A stretch of 64,000 nucleotides of DNA from Flaccisagitta enflata (taxonomy: Eukaryota), in assembly GCA_965153355.1 (NCBI GenBank), contig OZ231126.1:44454001-44518000 (forward strand), given 5' to 3'. The notes beneath the pieces were generated by a model, which searched no databases, had not been told where the DNA came from, and worked only from the letters and a program-made list of their open reading frames with translations. The translations under genes were made by a program, and so were the position numbers. Of this stretch, positions 28,303 through 41,492 are shown one piece after another; position 1 is the first letter of the stretch; every line of letters begins with the position of its first letter.

Positions 28303-28782
28303 GTCTTGGTTCCTATGGCCGCCCCGGACATAATCGGCGTCGACGACTATAACAAGAATCGCTGCGAAACTTGTGGGCGCGTCATCGTCGGCCCTCCGGA
28401 ATTGCTGGCCGCTCACGTCAGGGAAGCCCACAACGTCGTCGAAAAGGAGAAGATGGGCAAGAAATGTCGAGCGTTATTCGGCATCCTGAGAGTCGTTGAG
28501 TGGTGCAGACTGTGTCAACTGAAAAAGAAATGCGAAAGAGCTTCCAAGTACGAGGAAGAGATGATGTTGATGACGACGAAAACTACACCGGTAAAAAGTG
28601 GGGACAACGAAGAGAGAGTTGGTGACGTTGCGGGAGTGACTTCAAAGGACAGCGACACTGGAAACGATGCGCCAAAAGGAAAATCACCAACGTTTGTCTC
28701 TATGCCTATAAATGCCGTAAAATGTGAAGTTTTAGCGCCAGACGTGAAACTGTTGAAGGGAGGTGGTGCAAAAGGGTGTTAA
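28303..28782 (+). CDS. TET-like / C-clamp protein, exon 3 (atypical C2H2 finger 2 + C-clamp)
   Basis: Acceptor cctctctaaaag|GTC in phase 0, in frame with ORF 28306..28782; CETC-x13-H-x4-H at 28363-28431; KKCRALFGILRVVEWCRLCQLKKKC at 28459-28533; TAA stop. Joined CDS 4518 nt. Confidence 0.85.
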   Translation, partial: VLVPMAAPDIIGVDDYNKNRCETCGRVIVGPPELLAAHVREAHNVVEKEKMGKKCRALFGILRVVEWCRLCQLKKKCERASKYEEEMMLMTTKTTPVKSGDNEERVGDVAGVTSKDSDTGNDAPKGKSPTFVSMPINAVKCEVLAPDVKLLKGGGAKGC

Positions 28783-29169
28783 TAATGTTTGGGCTGGCCG
28801 GTGGGGTAGAGATTAGAGAAGTCATCTTAGTCTCTATGAGAGATGGAGACTAGTTTGGATTTGATGCGAATGAAGAAAATTTTAGTTGAGCGCACATAAA
28901 CTTAAGAGACTCAAGCGTTCAGGAAAGACCGTGCCTTTGATTATTGCATCGTTTGTCAATCTTCTACTGTTCGTGCGCTGAATCATGAAATCATAATGTG
29001 ATAGTTTAGAAAATTACACATATATTTTAAAATCGATCAAATGTTGTTTTATTTGCAGACTCGCGATTCTTTAAAGTGGAAGAGGCTTTTCCGTCCCGCG
29101 CTCGGTGCGTTCGTCGGTCTGTCAGTCCATAGGTCTATCCAAAACGCACAAGGCAGATACCGGAAAATC

Positions 29170-29613
29170 CAGCTGAGTTGTCGGATTCCGTTAAGCTTTT
29201 ACCCAAAGATGCTAAAAGTCATGTGTTTTAAATTGATCAAGTCTTAAAGAGTTTACATTGACATTTTTTTTGACAAAATTTCATCCATTTTGGTCAAGTA
29301 GTCAGTGACAATTTTAAAGTAGTTTTATACATTTGTCAGTGCATCTTTCATTTGAGATTAATCTTCTCTCTTTGGCAAGAATAGTTAGAAAATATTGAAA
29401 ATAAATCTAAAAATTCTTAATTTTTGATGAAAAATCTGTCAAATGGGAAAATACTTATGACACTTCAAATCTATGCATAGATTTACATGTAAAAGGCAAA
29501 CTACTTGACCAAAATTTTGAGAAAAAAATGTCAATCTATACTGTTTAAAACTAGATCAATTTCAAATCTGTTTCTTGGCATCAATAAGTAAACAGAATCC
29601 AACAACTCAGGTG
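29170..29613. mobile_element. Degenerate foldback/MITE
   Basis: CA.CTGAGTTGT.GGATTC at both ends in inverted orientation, plus an inverted internal block (ATTGACATTTTTTT...TGGTCAAGTAGT). Confidence 0.6.
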
Positions 29614-29649
29614 AAAACATGGGCAGTTCAACTCCGCCGCAGTTGTATA

Positions 29650-30014
29650 CAGACAAAAGTGAAATACAAGAAGTTAACCCCCCATCCCCCAGCATCCCCC
29701 CCTACAGCCGCATCCATTAAATAGAAAAAGGGAATGGAAGTTAATATCAATATAATTAGCCTTATCAGAGTGATTTTGGAATTCATTCTCAGTTAAGAGT
29801 TACAGCTTAAAAATTAGCTGAAATTAATATTTTTTGGATTTTACTAAAAATGCAATATTTGTTTTTGTAGTTATAAAAAGTTGCTCTGATTAGACTAATA
29901 GTATTGATACAAGTTTTCATTCTTGATCTTAAAGTTCTTTTTTTCTGCGGTTGAGGCTGTAGGGGGGTGCTACAGTTTTTGGGGGGTTAACTTCTTGTAT
30001 TTCACTTTCGTCTG
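29650..30014. mobile_element. Tc1/mariner-type MITE
   Basis: TA|CAGAC.AAAGTGAAATACAAGAAGTTAACCCCCC inverted at both ends; TA flanks. Confidence 0.8.
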
Positions 30015-31640
30015 TAGATTTCTGACAGAGGAATTGTTGTCGAGAAAAATTGAATCTGACAAATGGAAGCGAAGATACTAAGAGGAGATAATAGTCGCAA
30101 AAGCGTTAGATGGTCAGCGGTACCCTGGCCCTGCCTAAGTAGGTTGTACTTGTAATTGGAGGGGGAGTAGGGCAGCGGCCCCGAAGGGGTTGATGACCTA
30201 TGCTTTGACACATAAGTGGCAAAAAAAAAAAAAAAAAACTAGACGCGATTGTTTGACTGTTGATTGCTTTGTACTAAAAAATGCAAGACCCTTTTAATCC
30301 ATGACGATTTTAAAGAACATCAAAAAATCTTACATTTGAGATCCTTCTGATCATTCTAGCTTCAAACTTTATCTAAAGCTATGATAATTAAAAGATGACC
30401 ACTCAAAATTCTCAATCCTGCCTCCATCTCTTTATAGTGACCAACTTTGAATTGATACAGCTTGTAAATACAGCAAAATCAGGGATTCTTCTTGGTTTCA
30501 TCTTGTTAAGAATTAAAAATACTGCTCCATTTGGCAATCAGGAATTTGAATACTGAACTTCGATCTTGTGTCATTTCCAAACAAATTGAGCTACAAATTT
30601 CTGCTTGGTTTAGATTTGTAGAGTTTTCGGAGCTCTTTTACATACTCCTGGACTTTAAGCAAAAAGTTTAAGCGGTTTACAACTTATTTACAGATATTGA
30701 GCGTCTAGTTTTTTTCTTTGCCACTGTTATGGGGAATTTTCTCCTTCTTCTTCTTCTTATCCTTCTCTTCCTCCGCACCCTCCCCCTCCTCCCAACCTCC
30801 ATACCCATATCCCAGCCTTGGGGCCCATATCCCAGCCTCGAGGCCCAAATCCTAGTCTTGAGGCCCAAATCCCTTTAGGCCAGAATTTGGGCCTTGGGAT
30901 TGGGATTTGGGCCTTGAGGTTGGGATATGAGCCTCAAGACTGAGATATGGGCCTGGAGGTTAGGGGAGGGGGGTACAAAGAAGGATGAGAAGAAGACGAA
31001 GAAGAAGGAGGAGAAAATTCTCCACATGTGTGAAAGCATAGGTCATCGACCCCTTCGGGGCCGCTGCTCAAAAAGGGAGGAATGTCAAATATGGGAGAAG
31101 AGGAGGCATGGAGGCATGGAGGCCATGTTGGGGGTTGAGGGAAGTGGGGGCGGAAAGGGAACGGAAGGCCTCCATAGAGGTTTCGTTGTGAAGAACGAAA
31201 GAGTTAGGGGAAAGTAATTCCCACCATCGCAGTTTTCAGCTCAAAACGAAGAGACTCGGAAAAGAAAGGAGTCAACACAGTAAATTTCCGTTTTTTAGTC
31301 GCGTGCTACGCGACTCTACACCCCGCTTTGTCGGTCGGTCCGTCCGTCCGTCCGTCCGTCCGTCCGTCCGTTCGTCCGACCGTCACACTTTACTTTTTTT
31401 TTGTTTTTTGCAGTCTTTGGCCTCACTGCTTCTGCCCAAGTGATTTCAATTACAGCCACTGCCCACCCGTACGCGACTGGGGTAGCCGTGTAAGGACTAA
31501 GTGGAGGAAAAGAGTGAAAATGACGTAAAATTATACATCAATTACATCCGTTGGATTCATGCATCTTGAAATTTAGCACCTTTATCGAATCACCAGCCCT
31601 ATTAAACGGAAGTCGTGGAAAAGACAGTAAGCAGTGGGTG

Positions 31641-31676
<36 letters not shown>

Positions 31677-31750
31677 ATCTCTTCCTCTGTCTCTCTGCCT
31701 GTCTGTCTGTCTGTCTCTGTCTCTGTCTCTGTCTCTGTCTCTGTCTCTCT

Positions 31751-31832
<82 letters not shown>

Positions 31833-31841
31833 CTCTCTCTC

Positions 31842-31929
<88 letters not shown>

Positions 31930-32129
31930 TAACGGCTGTCATGATGTGAGGGATGAATTACTACCCTCATGCTCAAGGTTTTCTCGCAATATTTTCCTTT
32001 GCGCATGTTTGTGGTCTCGTAGATCTGTTTTGGACGTGGGTAATAATCGCCGCACTAACATTTGCTAAAGTGAACAGTAATAATCATTAGCATGATAATG
32101 TTTTCTTTCATGCTCTCTTTTCTCTCTCT

Positions 32130-32237
<108 letters not shown>

Positions 32238-32318
32238 ATTCAAGAAGCGCGCGAGGTAACGTGAGTTGCGCGTCAGATGGCGGCAATTCTTTACCTTTTC
32301 TCACGTTCCGCCCAGGAA

Positions 32319-32386
<68 letters not shown>

Positions 32387-32872
32387 CGCGCGTGGGTCGA
32401 AGGGGGAAGTATTTCTCCCAGGCGCCGTAAGAGGACAATAAGTCAATCACCGCATAATGATATTAATAATCAATTAATGTGAGTGTGTACATATTTTCGT
32501 GATATATAGCCACTTCCGTTATAAAAAATGCTTTCGAATGTAATTGTAGTCTTAGCTTTATGGAATGAAAGACACGACATACTTGTGGGCTTTGGGCAGT
32601 ACACGTTGCAAAGAAAGGATTTATCATTCAAGAATTGAACGACTCATACAACAGTCGTATGCATTGGCACATTCACGGAATCATATCGTCATGCTCAGGA
32701 GTGAGGAACCTGATTAGTCGATTCTCAGGGCGCAATGACATTTCCTGGTTTATACTGTCGGTATCCTATATCCTGGTTTATGATACTATCTTTGATACAT
32801 GTTAAAAACATCCACAATAACAGCTACAACAGTAACAACAACATCAGCAAGATTGAAAACAAGGACCGAATC

Positions 32873-32957
<85 letters not shown>

Positions 32958-33067
32958 CTCTTTGGTGAGTAACACAATCAAAATACTTCTCATTTCGTTT
33001 TGTTTCGTTCCCCAAGATTATACAAAATGTGTATTGTCGCCAGTGCAGTGTGCGACTTAAAACTAAT

Positions 33068-33333
33068 AACAAGCCCGACCGGGCAACGCTGCGTCCGGGC
33101 TGTGTCTCAGCGTGTATTGATCATGTGACATATGTATGAAGAGACAAATGGACAAACAGACGGGTGAAAGGACTCTCAAAACATGTTGGTTGATCATTTG
33201 TTTCAGTGTAGGATCTCACCGTAGCCAAAAACAGCCGAGAAACGCGGTTTTTGCACACGCGTAACGGACCGACGGACCGACGGACGGACAGACCCTCTTA
33301 TAGAGATGCGTTCCTGGCGGACGCATCTAAAAA
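33068..33333 (-). mobile_element. Helentron/DINE-1-like element, family B
   Basis: Reverse-complement copy of 1142-1439. Confidence 0.72.
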
Positions 33334-33747
33334 GGGGTGAGAGGAAAGAAAAAAAAAAGAAGAAAAAAAGCGTCTCGCCAGTCGAGTCTTCACTTTCCCT
33401 TTTGACGAGGTACGACTTTTTTTCCCTGTTATGTTCTTTTTTTAGGTGCGACAAAGCACCTCTATAACTGGCTGTGTCCGTCTGTCTGTCGGTTGGTCTG
33501 TCTGTCGGTAACGCATTCGTTCAACAATCCACACGTCGCACCTTTTGGCCTACTTGGCCTTGTTTATCTTCTTCTAAAATTGTGTCTTAACTTTAGCAAA
33601 TGAGAGAAAATAACGAATTTCGTCACTTCTTGTCTGTTACAAATTTTGACTCTATCGAGAAGGAAATGACAACAGAAGCGAAACCGCATTTGACTTTGAA
33701 AGAAGGAGGAAGGACATAAAACCAATAGATTTATGTCGTCGCGGTAG

Positions 33748-33787
<40 letters not shown>

Positions 33788-35333
33788 CAGAGCGATCAGA
33801 CAGACAAGGAGGTACGGAAGGAGGTACAGAGGTGGAGCGAGTGTAAGACTGAAAGACAGGGAGTCACTCTGGAAACCGTAAGGTAGAGACCGACTGAAAC
33901 GGGAAGTACGTAAGAAAAAACACGAGACAAAAGAAATAAACATGGAGATAGAGACAAAAAAGATATCACCTGTGAGTGACTACACTTTTTGGGCAGCGGC
34001 CCCAAAGTGCCGATGTCCTGTAAGACACAAGGGTGAGTTTCCAGACATCTGTCCGTACATACGTACATCCATTCCCCCCAGGGCTACTCAGGCCCCTCTT
34101 GGACCTCAAATCAGTCCTCTCAGGCCCCAAATCTGCCTTCTCAGGCCCCAAATTAGCCTTCTCAGGCCCCAAATTAGCCTTCTCAGGCCCCAAATTAGCC
34201 TTACTAGACCCTACATCAACCCACTCAGATAAAAAATTAGTACTCTCAGGCCTAAAATCGAGGAGGGCAATCAAGGCCAAATCCTTAAGTGCGTCCTCGC
34301 ACTTCTATGAGAGGTCATGTCCGTCGGTTGGTCGGTCGGTCGGTCGCTCGATGGGTCGGTCGGTTGTTTCATTCATTCATTCATTCATTCATCAAAAACG
34401 TTCATTCACAAGTTCTTAATCAAGCGAGGCGTACTTATTGGCCTTAACTTGGCCTTGTTTGAAAATGAGGGCGGTGAGCTCCCTAACCACTTAAGGCTGA
34501 ATCGGACAGCCCCTTCTAACTAGAGTGGTTTTTGAATATACTGCAAAATGAAAGTTTTCTTAGGCCTGATTTGATCTAATTTTCATCACTCTTCATTTCT
34601 TTTTATGTCATCTTTTAATACAATCTATGATTGTAAATTTTAAAAATCTTAGAGTAAGAATACCTGTCGGTGGATCCATCTGTTACACTTTGCCTTTTCA
34701 GCGTTTATGGGAAGTTTTGGGGTTACTGCTCCTGCCCAACTGCTTGGCTGGTCTATTTCATCACTGCCCCTGCCCATTCACATGTCACTTGGGTAGCGGT
34801 GTATCCGGCCTTGTCATTATTCTTTTATATTTCTAAAAATATCAAAACAGGAAATAAAAAATGCAGTCTTTTTTTATTCCTAGAATAATTTTCATAATTA
34901 GTTGTTTTATTCTTTTATAGAATTTCAATATTGCTTTATTTGGAATAAGAAAACAAGCCCGATCGGGCAAATATGCATCCTCTACTTATCTCTATGTAGA
35001 AAGAAATCCATAGTATTTGCATATTGCAGTTTTTATCATCAACATCGCTTTTAATGGTTAAAAAATACATCGTTCTAGGAATAAACAAACTAACAAAAAA
35101 TGGATTTCTTTGATGAAATACATAACTGACAAAAACTGTATACTCTATATTGGCAAAAGACCAGATTTTTATGAGTATTTGCAAACAATTTCATAGGATT
35201 ATATATACAAAAAAATGAATTCTGGATGAGGGGGGATGGGGGCAGAATCCAAGCAGTTAGAATTAGAGATGTGGGGGAGGTTGTTATGTAACTCAAGAGA
35301 TGTGAGTACGTATCTAAAAATGATGGGGGGATG

Positions 35334-36294
35334 CACTAAGGGCCATGGATTGCGCTAGATGGCTCCTTGGGTATTTAGGTGAAAATTTTTATCTCTGCTA
35401 TATGGCTCAAACTAAGTAGAATGGTCATGGTAGCATCTGAGCATATATATTACCGGTCCATATGACAGGTTTTATGGCGATTTAGAGTGAAAAAAGGCGA
35501 CCTGAATAGACGGCACTACAAAAAATGCTGAATTTCAAGAAAAATCAATGAATTTTCTGGATTATCTGTTAAGATTACAAAAAGCTCTTGATATCTTCAA
35601 TATTGGATTGGATTCCTTTATTAATGTTTACATATCTGGAAAAATTTAAAAAATAATCATTTTTTACATTTTTAGCAGTAATAAGTAAGTCTACTATTAC
35701 TACATATTTGACCTAATTTGCATGCTTTTATTATCCTATTAATAAAAAAAATCGCACAAGGACGCACAATGAGCGACCTATGCCAAAATGTAGCTTAAGG
35801 TGTCCTGAATTGAGAATGCTATGGCTTAGGACGTACAGCTCCGTACTAATTGCGATTTTTTTGGCCTAAAATGGACAAGTAATAATGTGGATAAAAGTAA
35901 AAATCTATATTTGAGTGGAAGAAAAATGAGCAAAATGAGCTAAATGAGCAAAAAAATGATTTTTTTTGAGCACCTTGTTAAGGAATCTTATTGAACAAAG
36001 ACAAAAATTTGATTGAATTGGTCAAATCATTTGACAATCAAAATACTAAATGTAAGTGAGTTTAGCAGTATTTTTCACTTGATTTTCTCAAATTTCTCTT
36101 CTTATTTACTCTAAGCTCATAAAGCTATTAATCCAATAGAAATGAGTCAATATTGGGTATAAATAGTTTCATGACATCTGCAAATATGCAAAAAAATGTT
36201 TTTCACTCTGTGCATTTCAAAAGGAACAATGTAATAAAAAAGATGCAATGTCAATCCCCAATGAGCCACCTAGCGCACAAATTAGCCCACAGTG
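35334..36294. mobile_element. Non-autonomous Transib-like DNA transposon
   Basis: Imperfect TIRs of about 40 bp starting CACT (left CACTAAGGG, right CACTGTGGG on the minus strand) sharing TGCGCTAG.TGGCTC.TTGGG; exact 5-bp TSD GGATG (35329-35333, 36295-36299); no transposase ORF. Confidence 0.75.
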
Positions 36295-36604
36295 GGATGG
36301 TTGGTGGGTGATTTGAGATGTATACATGTGATTTAGGATAAGGTGTGACGGACAGACTGACAGATGGACAGACCCTCTTATAGAGATGTGAGGACGCATC
36401 TAAAAAAGGGTTTCAAAAAATGGTTTTAAAAAAAGGTGAAGCTCAACAGTGAAAACAAATTCAGAAATAGAGAAAAAAAAGGATAAAACATACTATTTCA
36501 CAGATAAAATAAATCCCATGAGTAAGTAAAAACAAAAACAACTCTATTTAGAATTGAAAATGAGGGATGTTAAATTTCATTCCACTCATGTCCAAATCTA
36601 ACTA

Positions 36605-37846
36605 CAGTGGGAACCCGATTTAACAACCTTGAAGGGACCAGAGATTTTTGGTTGCTAAATCCGAATGTTGTTAAAGCGATTTTACAATTTCTCATTGATC
36701 TTAACTGCTTCATGAGTAATAAAGGCTAGTATCAGTGCCTAATTGATTATCATAGTCAGCATTCAAATGTTTGTGTAAATAGTCAACAAACATAAAGACA
36801 GTCAGAGCAATAGACAAAAAGAATGACAGACAGATAGACAGATAAAAAGACAGACAAACAAAAACAGACAGATAATTGTAGCCTTGTAACGACTCACAAT
36901 GTCATGTAAAAGATAAGTACAAGATGCCATAAATCACTCGTGAGATAAAGAATATCACTAAAAAATAACTGATTTTAATTTGAATCTATTTCCAAAAAAG
37001 ACTATCTACTGATGATATTTCATTCATTTTGTTCATAATTTTTTCCATTCTATACCTGCTATCTTGTTCACTTTTTTGTCTTAGTCTTAGTTTATATTAA
37101 AATATTCTTAGTTTATGTTAAAATATTTTTCTACAATTTTATAATACATCATAGCTTCAATAAAGATTCAAATCACACAACTAAACTGAAATGTCAATGC
37201 CACTAAATCAGGAAAAAAATCTCCAAGGGACCTGAAAAAAACGACTTTAAATCAGGTTTGACTGCTATATCAGGTGTCATTAAATCAGGTAAAACTAACA
37301 TTACAAAAGCCTGTAAAAATTTGGGATCAAAGAAACCTGGATGTTAAATCCGAAATGTTGTTAAATCAGGTGACAACAAGTCATCCAAGGATCGCACATG
37401 GTCAGCGGTACCCGATGCCCTGCTTGGAGTGATTAGCTGAAGAAGTGGAGTGAGAGCAGGGCACAGGGGTGAATTTCCATACGTCCTGAGAGGGCATATA
37501 TGAGGCTTTAGTAGCATTTTTTCTATGATATTCAATGGGAATTTTGCATTTTTTCAATTTCCTGTCAATTTGCCATGTTATTCAATGGAAATTCTACATT
37601 TTTCTCAGTTTTCATCAATTTTCCATGTTATTCAATGGAAAACAGACATTTTTTATTTTTTTTTGTAAACTTTCCATGTTATTCAATGGGTAGTTTGCAT
37701 TTTGTCAATTTCCTATGTTATTTGATGGGAATTTGAGGCTTGAGAAGCTTCAGGGGGGACGTATGTACGGACGGATGGACAGACGTATGGACGGACGTAT
37801 GGAAATTCACCCCTGTGTCCTACCCCAAAAAGGTGGTAGTCCACTG
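36605..37846. mobile_element. Tc1/mariner (pogo-like) non-autonomous element with a nested insertion in its right TIR
   Basis: TA|CAGTGG...CCACTG|TA; repeated subterminal TAAATC(C/A)G motifs; right TIR GTTGTTAAATCAGGT split from CCACTG by 37375-37831. Confidence 0.55.
37375..37831. mobile_element. Dispersed repeat family C (Helentron-like)
   Basis: AACAAGTCATCCAAGGATCGCACATGGTCAGC start shared with 16-46 and, inverted, about 38210-38245; related GGGGCCGCTGCCC-containing copies at about 30090, 30730, 33985, 44100, 47995, 48600. Confidence 0.6.
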
Positions 37847-38952
37847 TATAGTGGTTTCAGTTTTAACTTTAGTCCAAAATTTGGCTTAAAATGGTTCCCC
37901 CTTAAAATCAACCCTCTTAGATCCAAAATTAGCTCTCAGGCCAAAAATCAGCCCACTCAGGCCCAAGATCAACTCTCTCAGGCCCCAAATCAGCCCTCAA
38001 ATTTTCGCTCTCAGGTCTTAAAGATGCCCTCATCTCTGATCTTATATAAGCCCTTGGACTCCCTGCTCCAAGCAATCAAATGCCTTCAAATGTAGCCCCT
38101 TAGGTAGTTTGGAAATTCACCCCTTAGTCCTACAGGACATCAGACCTTTGTGGCCGCTGCCTTGCTCTCACTCCACCCTTCAACTGATCGCTCCAAGAAG
38201 GGCATCGGATACCGCTAACCATGTGCGATCCCTGGATGACTAGTTTTTTATAAGAGCCTTTTTTTTTAAGAGACATGAGCCTGAGATTTTCCAAAATTTT
38301 AAGAACAAAATGAGAGAATGCCCAGGCTGAGATCCAGCTTTCAAAATTTTTGAGGAAGTTATTTCAAGAATCTTATCAAAATGAAGGACAATTATTCAAA
38401 ATTTTCAGAAAAATTGATTATTTTGTTTAAAAGACTTCTTTTATGGTTTTGTTTATGAAATTAGACAAGAAATTCAGTATTTATAGTAATGAACAAGTTT
38501 CTCACTAAAGATACATAGAATAATGTATGTATACTCTTTTTTACACTTTTTAACGCTTTTTTTACACATCGAATATAATAAGAGCAGTTTTAGAGACATT
38601 GAGCCTTAAAACGGCAAAAGATTCAAGAGAACCCAGGCTGAGCTCAAAATGTGATGTCTCTTATAAAAAAAAGTGTATGAGCCGAAAGAATCAAGAGAAG
38701 TAATAGCACGCTGAAGACAGACAGAATGATAAGTTATGCAATTATGAGCTACTATATGGCTGACCCGCGAGAACGAGATCTTGGAATAGTAATGATGATA
38801 CTGGAGATGAACGATACTAGTTTTCAGGTCAATCATACACAATAAACGCAATAGCGCATTCATGATACTTTCTTACATTGACTGCAGACAATAAAGAGAG
38901 ACAGACTGTCAAATAGACTTTTGAGATAGACTAGCTAGATAGTCAGAGAGTA

Positions 38953-39363
38953 CTACGCGAATCAATAAAAAAGCCGCACTTTTAAATGACAATTTATCAT
39001 ATTAAATTTCAAATTATTTATACAAAATCTTAGACCATTTTGAAGATCTCAAAGAGATCTTTCATTCGGCTCCAATCTGGTATTTCTAGCTTTATTCGTT
39101 TAGAAATGGCATAAAATAGAGTGAAAACATTGCCATTTTCAGTTTTGCAATCCTATTGAAAAATGAGCATTTCTGCAAAAGAGAGGTTCACTTTAGCAAG
39201 CTCTATCTCCTAAACGGTTTGAGATACAGACCTGGGGTTGGTCTAGAATGAAAGAAAATTCAAAAATCTTCAAAATCAGTTGAATAAAAAAACTTTGAAT
39301 TAAGTTTTTGTGTCTCTTCTACTCAGCTACAAAAGGGTGCGGCTTTTTTTTTGATTCGTGTAG
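38953..39363. mobile_element. Tc1/mariner-type MITE
   Basis: TA|CTACGCGAATCAATAAAAAAGCCGCAC versus GTGCGGCTTTTTTTTTGATTCGTGTAG|TA. Confidence 0.78.
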
Positions 39364-39411
39364 TAATAGAGCCAGATTCTCATGAGAGAGAACGAGAGAT
39401 AGAGTCAGAAA

Positions 39412-39612
39412 AAAACAAGGCCGGATACACGGCTACCCTAGTCGCGTGCGGGTGGGCAGGAGCAGTGCTGGAAAAGGTCACAAGGGGATCTGGGCAGGAG
39501 CCGTATGCTCAAAAAGCTAAAAAATGCCGAAAAAGTAAAAAGGGGACCAACCGACCGACCGACCGACGGACCGACATAGCGGAGTGTAGAGTCGCGTAGC
39601 ACGCGACTAAAA
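39412..39612 (-). mobile_element. Helentron/DINE-1-like element, family A
   Basis: Full-length copy with AGTCGCGTAGCACGCGACT hairpin, GACC tract, subterminal IR and terminal GCCG/CGGC stem. Confidence 0.75.
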
Positions 39613-39729
39613 ACGGAATGAAAACTCGAAGAGCTACCCGGAAATGACTGGAAAGAAGATGACACACGTTAGTCTCGATGATGCAAACGCCATCTTTGGG
39701 GCAAATGGGGCAACCGTTACAATTCCCGT

Positions 39730-39782
<53 letters not shown>

Positions 39783-40691
39783 AGCGGCGCGATGATATTT
39801 TTCCTTTCACGCATAAATCGATGAAAAAATTCATGTTTTAATGATGGGAAGCTTGAAAAATAAACATTAGGCTCAACTCTGAGACGGTAAAACGGTGAGC
39901 CTCACAAACACACGAGAACCAGAAAAATTTTGCAGCTCCACCGCACACTCTTTTAGTCAGCTTTCATGAGATAGTCATAACAACAGAAACAAGGCCAAGT
40001 AGGGCAAAACATGCACCTTGTGAATTACTAAATGAATGCGTGGCGGACCAACAGACTCACCAACCTAAATGGCCTCTTATAGACGCGTTATTGCGCACGT
40101 AAAAATGCATGGATAATGTTCACTGGACAGTGTAAACTGACAATGAGAAACTCAACTAATTTCATTTATTATGTCTTCCAGCCGCCTGAGCAGTGGCTTG
40201 CAAACATGATCTGAAAATAGTTACACAACACACATAATTCAGAAGCTCAACACATCAGGTTCGGCGGAGGCCACTGCTATACTGGCATTGCAATGACAAT
40301 ATTAGGAGAAACAACCCGCATCAACTAAACATGTGATCCTTATAGGTCAATCGTTGTCAAAGTCGAGCCCGCATGGAAAAAAGATTGACTCAAGTTCATT
40401 AATGATGGCCTTTTTTTTTACATTCAATGATTTTATTTCTTATCGACCGCTAAAGTTGACGGCTCGTGTACTTATGCATTACATTACTACTCAAACCCTA
40501 TTTTACTAACGTATGAGAGCTTTGTAATGTTACAAACGAAGCACGTGGAAGTACATGTGAGAGCCAGAGTGAGTTATGCTCATTTCCAGTTTTCATAATG
40601 GGGCAAGTGTATGACGCAAAATCAAATCATTTTGTCAGTAGAGTAGATCTGATGCCGCTTCGTTTTGTATGTTTGATATAATGCAGCTATA

Positions 40692-41172
40692 CAGTCTATG
40701 GACAAAACGAGGAGAGTAGATTTTGCTGATCACCGTTATCATGCTTAGGTGTAGTTTGTTTTAAAATGTAGGCTTGTAATTACCTCGTAGAAAATTACTG
40801 AGGACTGAAAGAAACTAACGCAAGAACGATTACTACAGGGAGGCCATGTAAAATCATGAAAGAAGTTTCTTCAAGATTGAAAGGAAATATTGCCATCATG
40901 TCGCAGGGTCTGCTAGAGGGGGTCAATCTTAGCCCAGATGGAGGTCCCAAGTACCAGGGGTGACTGCATGCCAACTTTTGCTTTCAATTAAAAAGAAGCT
41001 CTTTTTATGATTTTACATGGCCTCCCTGTAGTAATCGTTCTTTCATTAGTTTCTTTCAGTCCTCAGCAATTTTCTACAAGGTAATTACAAGCCTACATTT
41101 TGAAATAAACTACGCATAAGCATCATACCGGTGATCAGCAAAATCTACTCTCCTCGTTTTGTCCATAGACTG
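40692..41172. mobile_element. Tc1/mariner-type MITE with approx. 190-bp TIRs
   Basis: TA|CAGTCTATGGACAAAACGAGGAGAGTAGATTTTGCTGATCACCG... matched in reverse complement at the right end; arms about 40692-40883 and 40981-41172; TA flanks. Confidence 0.9.
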
Positions 41173-41492
41173 TATATGTGGAAGAGGATTCCTATATTAA
41201 CGTTAACTAGGCAGCCGCTTTTTATTTGTTACATATTTCAAGTTCTGGTTCGAACCCATGTGAACTTTCGTTCCCGATGCCTAACATCATGTGATAATCC
41301 TTGTGAAATAAAGCGTTTGACAACGGCGGTTTAGTTTACGTGACCACACGCGTGACAGTGTGATATAAACAAATATATTATCAGATATTAACATATATTG
41401 ATAGTATTTATCAACATATGAGAGTTTCAGTTACAATCTCTATCTTTCTCGAAAACATCAGGGTCATTCTCATCACCAAAAGCCACTTCTTA

